Assembly: GCA_964496065.1 (NCBI GenBank) | Contig: CAZBXD010000006.1 | Coordinates: 1-41,788 of the forward strand | Source: an uncultured Bdellovibrionales bacterium | GTDB taxonomy: Bacteria > Pseudomonadota > Alphaproteobacteria > Micavibrionales > SZUA-601 | Direction of reading: 5' to 3' | DNA: 41,788 nt | Shown here: positions 28,958 through 38,492 of the stretch, piece after piece | Layout of the letters: the number at the start of each line of letters is the position of its first letter | Numbering within the stretch: the first letter of the stretch is position 1 | Program-made: the position numbers and the translations under genes | The notes under the pieces: model-generated | Told to the model about the DNA's origin: nothing | Databases searched by the model: none | What the model saw: the letters and a program-made list of their open reading frames with translations, nothing else

Positions 28958-29725
28958 TTAAAACTCGTTTCTTTGTGTATCAAAGGCCGCCGCCGCTAAA
29001 AACAACCAAACAAAAACAATGGTTTGGATTAAAATAAAACCAATACCAATACCGTCATTTACCCCATGGATTAGCCAAACACTTTGTCCCAGTAAATCAA
29101 AACGTGGTACAAATATTGAAATAACACTGAGAATATCATCGGCTAGTTTCGTGTGCTGAAATGACTGCGCCATCGCAGAAGAAGCAATTCCAGTAAAAAC
29201 ACCAATCATGCGCGCTAGAATATAAAAAGCAAAGGATGAAAGAACACTTACTGTTGCACTTTTAACGACTGAGGAAAAGAAGATAGCCATTGCAACAACA
29301 ATAGTCCATTCGCTCGCGATACTTATCCCCCAAAGCAAAACACCATAAGAAGAGATAGAGCCAAACGATAGAAGAATTAATGAAATAAAAAGCGTAAATA
29401 TTAATGCAATAAGCATATACGCAACTGCAAGACTAATAATAAAGCTTGTCCGCGATAGGGGAGCTGAAAAAAAATAGTCAATTTCTTTATGATCATAGAG
29501 TCGGCGGAGCTGAAATCCTATAAATGTAACCAGGCCAACACTCCCTAATAATCTTAAACCAGAAGCCATAAAAACAAGAGTAAACTGTCTTTGCTCTATC
29601 ACAGCCATACTGCCTGAGAATATTGAAAGGATAATGATGAAAAGCATTAAAATTGAAACCGCCCATAAAAGACGATCACGAAACGCTGCTAAGATAGCGT
29701 ATTGAAAAATAGCTTTTGAAAACAT
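28958..29725 (-). CDS. ABC-2-type permease (Myxococcus PilI-like)
   Basis: About six TM helices; DHKEIDYFFSAPLSR loop; C-terminal FDTQRNEF. Confidence 0.8.
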   Translation of the reverse strand: MFSKAIFQYAILAAFRDRLLWAVSILMLFIIILSIFSGSMAVIEQRQFTLVFMASGLRLLGSVGLVTFIGFQLRRLYDHKEIDYFFSAPLSRTSFIISLAVAYMLIALIFTLFISLILLSFGSISSYGVLLWGISIASEWTIVVAMAIFFSSVVKSATVSVLSSFAFYILARMIGVFTGIASSAMAQSFQHTKLADDILSVISIFVPRFDLLGQSVWLIHGVNDGIGIGFILIQTIVFVWLFLAAAAFDTQRNEF

Positions 29726-29734
29726 GGCCCGATT

Positions 29735-31552
29735 TTACATCGGAAAAGGACGACGGTCACTGCTAAATTTATTAAACATGTCTTTATCAACAGAATCTGG
29801 TCCCGGGCCCCGATCAGCAATGGTTGCACGGATCAAAATAACCATTTCAGTTTTTTGAATTTGATCTCTCTGACTACGGAAGACCCCTCCTAGGAATCCG
29901 GGCAACTCAGACAGGACAGGAATCCCTGTCTGCACCCCTTGAACTTGATCCTGCATTAACCCACCCATTACAATGATTTCACCAGATCCCATCTTAACGA
30001 TTGAGTCTAATTCACGTACTGCTAAAACTGGCACGTCGTTATCAACACCAAGTGAGGCAGCTGCCGGCTCCGGCACTGTATCAATGACACGCGTAATACT
30101 TGGACGAAGACTAAGGGTAATTTCATTTGTATTCATATCAATAGAAGGATGAACGCTAATGATAACCCCTTCTGGTACGTTCCGGATTTCAGAGTCAACT
30201 TCAATTGTATCGGGCACACCAACAACAGTCGATGGTGTTCTTGAGATATCAATTTCAAAGAAAACCTGGTTTTCAGCAACATTTAAGATAGCCGATTGGT
30301 TATTCATAACTGTTAGACGTGGGCTTGACAGAGTGTGAACATTACCAAATCTTTGAACAAATTCCGCCAGAAGATTAAAATCACTTCCTGTTACACCAAC
30401 TGATGCCGTTCCTGAGGCTGCTGCTTGAGAAAATTCAACGCGTGGGAAATTTACACCAACATTGAAATCACCGCTAAATAGTGTATCCCAATCAATCCCA
30501 GCACCAAATTCATCATCTAGTCCGACCTCGAGAACTTTTGCTTCAATAAGGACTTGGGTCGTCAGAGAGCGACGCATTTTATTAAGATACTCACTAACCA
30601 ATTTATGTTGACGCTTAGACGCATAAACAGAAATTAATCCTGCTTGCTTATTGATAGAATAATTACCAATTTCGCTATCAACTTCTTCCTCCTCTTCTTG
30701 ATCTTCTTCTGCCTCATCAAAAACTTGATCACCGGGAGCACCAGAAATTTGAACTTCACCTTGCGAGTTTTCTAAAAGCTGTGCCGTTGTAACAGCAGGA
30801 ATAGCATCGGGAAGAGCAAGTGGACGAGTTGAGCGCGACAATCCCTTTACCCGGCCGCTATTCTGAAGAATTTGGGTAATATTAGTCTCGAGTTCCGCCC
30901 AAAGGTCATTCGAGTTTTTACTTGTTATCAAATTATTTGACCCAGAATTCGCACCATCACCAGATAAGACCGAAATACTTGATTGGATATCACTCTCAAA
31001 TTCGCGACTCATACTAAGATAATCAACATGATATGTTTCAATATATGGAGTATCCAGCTCAACTCTTAATACATTATCTTCATAAGTATAACGAAGACCT
31101 GCCAAATTTGATATCCGTTCAACAACCTGATCAAAGGGACGTTCACGCGCAGTAAAGATAATCGAACCACGAATATTAGGATCAAGCTCTAAATCGACAT
31201 CTGCTTGCTCAGCTAACTCAAATAAAATATCACGCAGCGGGATTGTCTGATTAACAGAAATGCTAACCAATGGCTGTGGTAAAATATCTTCGGGTGTATT
31301 AGCAATCACTGGTGCAAAATCGGGAACAGCACCGATGGATGTTGCTTTTTTATCGATTGGACGCGGCGCGAGAGCACGGCGATAGTCGTCACGATCATAA
31401 TCAAGAGAACGATCTTGTTTCATCAAGTTATCGAACTTATAGTTCATATCTTCTTTATCTTTGGCACTACAGGCAGAAAGCCCAAGAGCTAGCACGACAA
31501 CACCGACTAAAGATAATACAGATCGATTTAATTTTATTTGCTGCTTTCGCAT
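29735..31552 (-). CDS. Lipoprotein secretin, MshL-like
   Basis: AGAGGA RBS before ATG 31552; lipobox LSA|C; STN-like domain; ETYHVDYL; QVLIEAKVLEV, GIDW, LSSPRLTVMNNQSA, GIPVLSELP, KTEMVILI. Confidence 0.92.
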   Translation of the reverse strand: MRKQQIKLNRSVLSLVGVVVLALGLSACSAKDKEDMNYKFDNLMKQDRSLDYDRDDYRRALAPRPIDKKATSIGAVPDFAPVIANTPEDILPQPLVSISVNQTIPLRDILFELAEQADVDLELDPNIRGSIIFTARERPFDQVVERISNLAGLRYTYEDNVLRVELDTPYIETYHVDYLSMSREFESDIQSSISVLSGDGANSGSNNLITSKNSNDLWAELETNITQILQNSGRVKGLSRSTRPLALPDAIPAVTTAQLLENSQGEVQISGAPGDQVFDEAEEDQEEEEEVDSEIGNYSINKQAGLISVYASKRQHKLVSEYLNKMRRSLTTQVLIEAKVLEVGLDDEFGAGIDWDTLFSGDFNVGVNFPRVEFSQAAASGTASVGVTGSDFNLLAEFVQRFGNVHTLSSPRLTVMNNQSAILNVAENQVFFEIDISRTPSTVVGVPDTIEVDSEIRNVPEGVIISVHPSIDMNTNEITLSLRPSITRVIDTVPEPAAASLGVDNDVPVLAVRELDSIVKMGSGEIIVMGGLMQDQVQGVQTGIPVLSELPGFLGGVFRSQRDQIQKTEMVILIRATIADRGPGPDSVDKDMFNKFSSDRRPFPM

Positions 31553-31671
31553 AGGATTCCTCTCGGATGGTAGATAAATACCTGAAACGGTCTTCATCAT
31601 ATAATCAGACTAAAATCATCTGACGTTAAATTCATTAATATTCCTTAAAAAAATAAAGAAAATTCCCGTTA

Positions 31672-32790
31672 TTAAAGATAAAGCTCGTCTGTATTAATAT
31701 CAATCAATCCAGCATGGTCCGAAACATTGGCTTGTTTAAGTTTTAATTCCATATCTACTGGATGATCTGACTCAATAAGAGCAGTTTGTTGAGTGATTTC
31801 TCCTTCATGATAAAGCTTGAGAAGAGTTTGATCAAAAGTAACCATTCCAGTTGGTTCATTTTGAATCATGACTTCACGAATTTTACCAATTTCCCCTTTT
31901 AAAATGAGCTCTTTAATATATCCTGCATTAATCATCACTTCATAGGCTAGAACACGACCACCAGATTTTTTTGGGATTAAGCGCTGAGAAATGATGGCTC
32001 TCAGATTCATTGTTAAATTAGTACGTACTTGCTGCATCTGGGTGTCTTCAAAAAAGTTTAGAATGCGTTCAATTGCCTGATATGAATTATTCGCATGAAT
32101 AGTTGATAAACATAAATGACCAGTTTCCGCTGCCACCAAAGCTTGTTCCATCACATAACGGTCACGAATTTCACCAATAAGGATAACATCTGGTTTTTGT
32201 CGAAATGCATTTTTTAATGCAATATGATAATTTTCAGTATCAACACCTACTTCACGCTGTGTAATGATACTTTTTTTATGCTTATGTAGATATTCAATTG
32301 GATCTTCAATCGTAATAATATGCCCAGACATTTCTTCGTTACGGTAATCAATCATAGATGCCAGAGTGGTTGATTTACCCGAGCCTGTCATCCCGCATAA
32401 AAGAACAATCCCCCGTTTATGCATCACTAATTTTTTTAGCTGGGGGGGGAGGCCCAAAGTTTCAAAGCTAGGGATATCTCGCTTGATAGCACGAATAACT
32501 ATGGCAGGATTTTCACGTTGTTTGAGAACATTCACCCGAAAACGTCCCATCTCTGGCAAGCCAAAAGAGACATTAAGTTCATTACGATGATGATACTGCT
32601 CTTTTTGACGGTCAGTTAATATACCATCTAAAATACGCTCAATATCATCACTCATCATCGGATCTCTGTGGAACAATGGTTCGAGAACGTCATTGATACG
32701 TAATGTTGCTGGATATCCGACCGTCAAATAAATGTCTGAGGCGTCACGCTCAACCATTTCAATCAACATTTTTTTGAATATTTCATCCAT
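31672..32790 (-). CDS. pilU: Retraction ATPase PilU
   Basis: ASDIYLTVG, GMTGSGKST, TIEDPIEY, QREVGVDT, AETGHLCLSTIHANN; follows pilT. Confidence 0.92.
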   Translation of the reverse strand: MDEIFKKMLIEMVERDASDIYLTVGYPATLRINDVLEPLFHRDPMMSDDIERILDGILTDRQKEQYHHRNELNVSFGLPEMGRFRVNVLKQRENPAIVIRAIKRDIPSFETLGLPPQLKKLVMHKRGIVLLCGMTGSGKSTTLASMIDYRNEEMSGHIITIEDPIEYLHKHKKSIITQREVGVDTENYHIALKNAFRQKPDVILIGEIRDRYVMEQALVAAETGHLCLSTIHANNSYQAIERILNFFEDTQMQQVRTNLTMNLRAIISQRLIPKKSGGRVLAYEVMINAGYIKELILKGEIGKIREVMIQNEPTGMVTFDQTLLKLYHEGEITQQTALIESDHPVDMELKLKQANVSDHAGLIDINTDELYL

Positions 32791-34004
32791 TAGAAAGAGT
32801 AATCCTCATCCTTAACATCCGATGAGCCGGATGTTACAGCATTTATCTGACCATCTTTACGCAATCGAGACGGATCTTTGGCCTTTGTTGAAATAGTAAC
32901 CCGAGACTTCTTATCGCCCTTATCAGATATTTGATCAATTTTTTCAGCATCTTCTTTCGTGATATTGTCATCATGATCACGAAGCAGAACTCGGTATCCC
33001 TCTTCTTTTGTTACTATGCCGGCTTCAACAAGAGCCTCAACTGTATCCTCCATTGTTTGCATCCCTTGACGACCGCCCACTTGGATCATTGAATAAATCT
33101 GTGCAATCTGATTTTCACGGATCAAATTTCGAACTGCGTTGGTTCCAACCAATATTTCATGAGCTGCGATGCGGCCCGTTCCATCGGCTCGTTTCATCAA
33201 TGTTTGTGCAATAATTGCCTGCAAAGAGCTTGAAAGCATTGCTCGCACCATACTTTTTTCATCACCAGGAAAAACATCAATAATACGATCAATCGTTTTA
33301 GCTGCAGAATTTGAGTGCAATGTCCCTAACACCAAATGTCCGGTCTCTGCTGCTGTCAATGCAAGAGAAATTGTTTCATGATCTCGCATCTCCCCAACCA
33401 GAATAACATCTGGATCTTCACGTAAAACACTGCGCAAAGCCTTGGTAAAAGAATGCGTATCAATACCTAATTCACGGTGGTTAATCAAACTTTTCTTTGA
33501 ACTATGATAAAATTCAACCGGATCTTCAATTGTCACAATATGCTTTTTAAAATTCTCATTAATATGGTCAATCATTGCGGCAAGGGTCGTTGACTTACCA
33601 GACCCTGTTGGACCCGTTACCAGAATAATCCCCTTTTCCTTTTCTGCAAGCAATTTCAAAATCGCTGGAGGATCAAGATCTTCTAAAGAAGGAACAACGG
33701 TCGGGATGGTTCGAAAAACTGCCGCTGAGCCATTACGTGTTGTAAAAGCATTTACGCGGAAACGAGCATCTTCCCCAAAAGAAATGGCAAAATCAATCTC
33801 AAGATTTTCTTCATAAAAACTACGTTGATCCTCAGCCATAACCGAATAGATCATATTTTTTATATCTTCATTTGTAAGAAGATTATCGGTTTTAACACGC
33901 CGCAAATCTCCATTAACCCGAATAATCGGCGGGTTTTTTGGTGATAAATGCAAATCTGATGCATTATTTTTCTTTGCAAAGGAAAGGAGCTGAGCGATAT
34001 CCAT
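32790..34004 (-). CDS. pilT: Retraction ATPase PilT
   Basis: ASDLHLS, GPTGSGKSTT, LREDPDVILVGEMRD, AAETGHLV, AVRNLIRE. Confidence 0.96.
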   Translation of the reverse strand: MDIAQLLSFAKKNNASDLHLSPKNPPIIRVNGDLRRVKTDNLLTNEDIKNMIYSVMAEDQRSFYEENLEIDFAISFGEDARFRVNAFTTRNGSAAVFRTIPTVVPSLEDLDPPAILKLLAEKEKGIILVTGPTGSGKSTTLAAMIDHINENFKKHIVTIEDPVEFYHSSKKSLINHRELGIDTHSFTKALRSVLREDPDVILVGEMRDHETISLALTAAETGHLVLGTLHSNSAAKTIDRIIDVFPGDEKSMVRAMLSSSLQAIIAQTLMKRADGTGRIAAHEILVGTNAVRNLIRENQIAQIYSMIQVGGRQGMQTMEDTVEALVEAGIVTKEEGYRVLLRDHDDNITKEDAEKIDQISDKGDKKSRVTISTKAKDPSRLRKDGQINAVTSGSSDVKDEDYSF

Positions 34005-34063
34005 GGACGGGTGCCTTCATGATAACTGACAAGAGAATCTGTCTACACCTTAACCGATAGCGT

Positions 34064-34840
34064 TTACAAAAATATTAAAATGGTTTCTTTTGTGTATAAA
34101 CAAATAAGAAAAGCCATGATTAAAGCAGGACCAAAAGGGAAAGTGGCCTCTTTTGTAAGCCCTTTGTGAATTAAACCAAATAAAACTCCCAAAAGACTGC
34201 ATAAAAGGAGATAGGCAGAGAAAATTGGCAAGCCAAGCCACATACCAGCTCCGGCAAAAAATTTAATATCACCAAAACCAAGACCATCTTTGCCAGTCAT
34301 TTTTAGAAAAATCCAACGAATAAAAATCATAGATAACGGGTAAACAATCGCTGATACACCATAAAAAAACAGATCTGAGCTATTAAGAATTTGAAAAATG
34401 ATACCCGTGATTAAAAAAACCGCATTCAAAACATTTGGAAGAATTTTGAAATACCAATCAACCACAAAAAGACTAACCAAAACTGGTGATAACGCCATCA
34501 GAACAATGCCAGACCATGTTAAACCAAATTTATTATAGGCAATCAATGCCAAGCTACATGTTGCCAGCTCAATCAAAGGATAATCAAATGGGATTTTCTT
34601 GTGACAATATCGACATTTTCCACCTTGAAAGAGCCAGGAAAAGAAAGGCACTAAATCCAAAAAGCCAAGCCTTTTATGGCATTGCGGACAAGCTGAAAAA
34701 TTATCTGCTTTTTGAAAGCTAAAGATTGGAAGATCTCTAGGAAGTCTGTAAGACAACATTGTTGCAAAACTCCCCATAACCAGACCAAAGAAGGTCACAA
34801 ATGCAAGCTCTGCTATGGCATATCCAAGAAAGATTTCCAT
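34064..34840 (-). CDS. pilD: Prepilin peptidase/N-methyltransferase
   Basis: GSF...YRLP, CPQC and CRYC, VDW, GFGDIK, PFGP. Confidence 0.95.
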   Translation of the reverse strand: MEIFLGYAIAELAFVTFFGLVMGSFATMLSYRLPRDLPIFSFQKADNFSACPQCHKRLGFLDLVPFFSWLFQGGKCRYCHKKIPFDYPLIELATCSLALIAYNKFGLTWSGIVLMALSPVLVSLFVVDWYFKILPNVLNAVFLITGIIFQILNSSDLFFYGVSAIVYPLSMIFIRWIFLKMTGKDGLGFGDIKFFAGAGMWLGLPIFSAYLLLCSLLGVLFGLIHKGLTKEATFPFGPALIMAFLICLYTKETILIFL

Positions 34841-34846
34841 GTTTAG

Positions 34847-36472
34847 TTAATTAACGAAACTGAGTTCTTTGATCCGACGTGCAACAACTTGCTCTGATAC
34901 AACACCTTCCCCGCCATATCGCAGGACAAGTTGTAATGTCTTTTGGTAATATTCCAGCGCCTTCCCTTGACTCCCCATACGATCTGACAGAATTGCCAGG
35001 TTATAGGGATAAACCGGATTATTTGGGTCCATCGATTGCGCCTTATTAAAATATCGCGCTGCATTAGAAACATCCTTCATTTCACCATAAACCATACCAA
35101 TTTGACCAGCTATGGCTGCAGAATTCGGATGATCATCTTCTAAATCTTTAAGGCGATTAATTGTTGAAACTGGGTTATCACTATCCAATAAGCTAAGATA
35201 ATTCGTCATGGCGTTGAGGTTATTAGGATCGACAGCAATTATTTTTTGATAAGTCGATAGCGCTTCTTCACGATAATTGAGTTTTTGCAACGTCATTGCC
35301 TTTCCCATCAAAGCCGCAGTATCTTTTGGGGACTTTACCAAAACATCATTATAAAGACTCAAAGCATCAGCTAAGTGACCTTTTTTTAGTGATCGTTCCG
35401 CGGCAACAAGAATGGAACGATTACTCGTTGAAGAACTATTTTTCTTTACAACAACCAGTTTTTTTGGTTTTGGGCGAACAACAACAGCCCGCTCAAGAAT
35501 TTCATCTGGAGTTAACGAACCATATTCAACAGTTTCTGGAACAATAATGTCTTCTTGTTGAATAAACTCTTCGTTTTCGATCGGTGCTAAGGATTCCGTT
35601 GGTAATGGCAAGACCTCCGCTACTTTTTTAAGAACCCCTTCTTGCTCTGTGGTAAGAACCTTTTCCTGCGATATTGTAATTGGTTCTTCTTTCTCTGCAA
35701 CCTGTGATATTTGCTCTGATTGCTCAACGATAGAATCATCTTTTTCTATATCTGATACCGCCAAACCCTTGGTCGCTTCTGTAATTTGTTGAACCTCGGT
35801 CTCCGAAAACTCAAAAAATAGCATATCTTCAACTTCTTCCACCGAAAAATCAGTAACTGGAACTGGTATGTTGCTAACTTCGGAAATATCCTTTGCAGCA
35901 AGGTCATTGTTTATTTCTTCTGGTGTCTCTGACAATATCTCAGAGATATTGTCAGCCTCGTTATCAACCCTATCGAACGCCGTATCTGTTATTTCCTCCG
36001 GCGACATTTCTACAAAGACATCAGGGATCCCCTCTGGCACTTCTTTATCTTGTATTAAATCAGCGGTTTTCTCAATAATTGGCTCAATAGATAGGTTAGC
36101 GTCTCCTGTCTCAATTGGTGTTGGCATAGGCGGCGGCGTCACTGACGTTTGAGTTGATTTCGGCGCAGCAATTGCTGCAGGTGAGGAAGGTATTCTTTCC
36201 TCATATTTATCAACCCCACTAAGCCAGAACTGCCAAACACCAATTCCAGCAGCGAGAACAAAACAAATAACCCCGATAATATTGAATATTTTTCCCTTTG
36301 AGTGATCACCACCGGCATAAAATTCATCATCCTCATCAAAGTCATCATCGATATTTGATAGATCAATTTCTTCAATATCTTTGGGAGGTTGCTGTGGACT
36401 GATAGAGTTTTCTTTTTCAAACTCTTCTTCAGTTTCAAAACTATCTGGTGGATTTTCCCTATCCGACATCAC
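34847..36472 (-). CDS. Bitopic protein with long acidic linker and C-terminal TPR domain (MshN-like)
   Basis: Acidic N-terminus, one TM helix, Pro/Glu-rich linker, about five TPR motifs (DPNN...YNLA). Confidence 0.7.
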   Translation of the reverse strand: MMSDRENPPDSFETEEEFEKENSISPQQPPKDIEEIDLSNIDDDFDEDDEFYAGGDHSKGKIFNIIGVICFVLAAGIGVWQFWLSGVDKYEERIPSSPAAIAAPKSTQTSVTPPPMPTPIETGDANLSIEPIIEKTADLIQDKEVPEGIPDVFVEMSPEEITDTAFDRVDNEADNISEILSETPEEINNDLAAKDISEVSNIPVPVTDFSVEEVEDMLFFEFSETEVQQITEATKGLAVSDIEKDDSIVEQSEQISQVAEKEEPITISQEKVLTTEQEGVLKKVAEVLPLPTESLAPIENEEFIQQEDIIVPETVEYGSLTPDEILERAVVVRPKPKKLVVVKKNSSSTSNRSILVAAERSLKKGHLADALSLYNDVLVKSPKDTAALMGKAMTLQKLNYREEALSTYQKIIAVDPNNLNAMTNYLSLLDSDNPVSTINRLKDLEDDHPNSAAIAGQIGMVYGEMKDVSNAARYFNKAQSMDPNNPVYPYNLAILSDRMGSQGKALEYYQKTLQLVLRYGGEGVVSEQVVARRIKELSFVN

Positions 36473-36540
36473 ATATACTCTCTTCTGTGTTAAGTATTTT
36501 GGATATTGCTATGCTATCGCAGTCTTGCCTTGAAAAAAAG

Positions 36541-37179
36541 TTAATTTTTTATCGTGACATCCGCAGGCCGCACATAAACAGGCCTGACAATTTCTTCGTT
36601 TTTCTGAATTGCCAGGCGTTGTTGCGCCATTTTTAAGAGCCCTGATGGGATCGGCATAGAAACCACACAATCAATCGAAATTAGGCTTTGAACATTTTCT
36701 GTGTGGGTTATCGCTTTTCTAACTTGATTACCTGAAAGCGTTTGAATAAGTTCTTTTTCATTCAAGGCTATCAACTCTGTTTGAGCAATATTTTTTGTAA
36801 AAATTTGAGCAATGTAAGCATCTTTTTTAATTTCAATAATTGCTGCGCCATTGCCAGAAATTTGATTAATTAGAACTTCTGTTGTTGTCAAACCAACCAA
36901 TGGAATTTTTAAAACAGACGCCATACCACGCGCAAAAGCCATGCCAACGCGAATACCGGTAAAGCTTCCAGGTCCAGTTGTCACAGCAATAGCAGAAAGA
37001 TTTTTTGGTGTTATGTGAGCCCCTTGAAGAGCTTGATCAACCATACCTGCTAGCGCCTGATCTTGTCCGCGGCCCATGATTTGTGTCTCTTCGAAAACCA
37101 CTTCACCAGCAGACATTACACCAACACTACAGCTACGCAGTGCGGTATCGATAGCTAAAATATGGGGAAATTTAGGCAA
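36541..37179 (-). CDS. tsaB: tRNA threonylcarbamoyladenosine biosynthesis protein TsaB
   Basis: ILAIDTA...CSV, GPGSFTGIRVG, PVYVRP. Confidence 0.93.
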   Translation of the reverse strand: MPKFPHILAIDTALRSCSVGVMSAGEVVFEETQIMGRGQDQALAGMVDQALQGAHITPKNLSAIAVTTGPGSFTGIRVGMAFARGMASVLKIPLVGLTTTEVLINQISGNGAAIIEIKKDAYIAQIFTKNIAQTELIALNEKELIQTLSGNQVRKAITHTENVQSLISIDCVVSMPIPSGLLKMAQQRLAIQKNEEIVRPVYVRPADVTIKN

Positions 37180-37723
37180 CAGCTCGAACTTCGATCACTT
37201 CTGGAACATAATGGCGCAACATATTTTCAATTCCCGCCTTCAATGTGACCGTCGAACTGGGACACCCAGCGCACGCCCCCTGAAGTTGCAAATATACCAC
37301 ACCATTTTCAAACGATTCAAAGACAATATCGCCCCCATCCATAGCTACCGCGGGACGAATACGGGTATCCAGAAGCTCTTTAATCTGCTTTGTGATTTCA
37401 TCATCCTCCCCTTCATCCGATGATGATAGCTTAACTCCTTCTTCAAAAAGAGGGGCACCCGCAGTGAAATGCTCCATAATCATTCCAAGAATCAAAGGTT
37501 TAAGAACCATCCATTCTTTATCATCTGCCTTGGTGATAGAAATAAAATCATGACCAAAAAATACTCCCTCCACCCCATCAAGGCGGAAAAACCGTTTTGC
37601 TAGTGGCGAACTTAATGCTGTTTCAGCACTACGGAAGTCTGCCGTGCCTTGCGGCATCACAGTTTCACCGGGCAAAAATTTCAAAGAATTCGGATTTGGA
37701 GTCTTCTCGGTCTGAATAAACAT
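37172..37723 (-). CDS. NifU/NfuA-family Fe-S carrier (Nfu_N plus NifU domain)
   Basis: MFIQTEKTPNPNSLKFLPG, IRPAVAMDGGDI, GACAGCPSS; family start at ATG 37723. Confidence 0.93.
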   Translation of the reverse strand: MFIQTEKTPNPNSLKFLPGETVMPQGTADFRSAETALSSPLAKRFFRLDGVEGVFFGHDFISITKADDKEWMVLKPLILGMIMEHFTAGAPLFEEGVKLSSSDEGEDDEITKQIKELLDTRIRPAVAMDGGDIVFESFENGVVYLQLQGACAGCPSSTVTLKAGIENMLRHYVPEVIEVRAVA

Positions 37724-38414
37724 GTTGATTATCTTTAATAAATTGCTCTTGCTCAAGCGTATATATAGGACGAATCTTCTTATGAGGCAAGATTTTCGTG
37801 AAGAAATTTGGCTCTTTTGGTTTTTCATAGCCATTACCCATAAAATTACGATAATAGCTATTACGATGGGCTGTGTAGGCGGGTTTAAAATCTATCGAGC
37901 TAACCATCATCATAAACTGATCAAAATAATCGTCATAGAGATGTTGTGGCGAGGCACAGCGCGCTCGAAAATGCATATCGCCATAAATGGATGCGTAGAT
38001 CAATTCACGCTTTACCTGACCATCGGCGATATAATCCACCACCGTATAACGCGCATCACCACGCCCAATTGAGCCAAACTTATCAAAGTGAAAAAAACGA
38101 TCTTCGTAGTGAGAGGTCACATCTTCCCAATATGACCATTCAAATTCTTTTGCCAAAATTTCGTCATCAAAGCGGCGTGGATAAACTAAAAAACGACGAT
38201 CTTCTGATGCCTCTAAACGGCATGATGCCATGCCTTGAGGGGCAAGAAGTTCTAATTGTTCTGTGGCGGTTAAGGCGCCTTGTGCTTTCCACAAATCAGG
38301 ATATTGAATGGTAAAACCAAATGCCGGATCCGTCCAAACATAGCTTTTTGCAAAACTGATCGAAGCAACCGCCATCGACATCATCATTGTGAAAAGAAAA
38401 AGAATTTTTTTCAT
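37665..38414 (-). CDS. Secreted hypothetical protein (possibly PsbP/DcrB-like fold)
   Basis: Signal peptide SFA|K; WTDPAFGFTIQYPDLW start; one Cys pair. Confidence 0.6.
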   Translation of the reverse strand: MKKILFLFTMMMSMAVASISFAKSYVWTDPAFGFTIQYPDLWKAQGALTATEQLELLAPQGMASCRLEASEDRRFLVYPRRFDDEILAKEFEWSYWEDVTSHYEDRFFHFDKFGSIGRGDARYTVVDYIADGQVKRELIYASIYGDMHFRARCASPQHLYDDYFDQFMMMVSSIDFKPAYTAHRNSYYRNFMGNGYEKPKEPNFFTKILPHKKIRPIYTLEQEQFIKDNQHVYSDREDSKSEFFEIFAR

Positions 38415-38492
38415 GGGATATCCCTAATTATCAAACTATACCATGCGCACAGTATAGCATAAAACACCAATAAGCGGTTAATTTATGCGTGG

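Noticed and set aside
16998-36472. Calling cluster 2 a type II secretion system
   Set aside because: PilT and PilU, a lipoprotein MshL-like secretin and no recognisable GspG/H/I/J/K set favour a retractile pilus
37724-37834. N-terminal extension of the NifU/NfuA ORF, and similar extensions at 4695, 10949, 28135 and 31600
   Set aside because: Longest-ORF artefacts; downstream ATGs match family starts or have RBS and signal-peptide context
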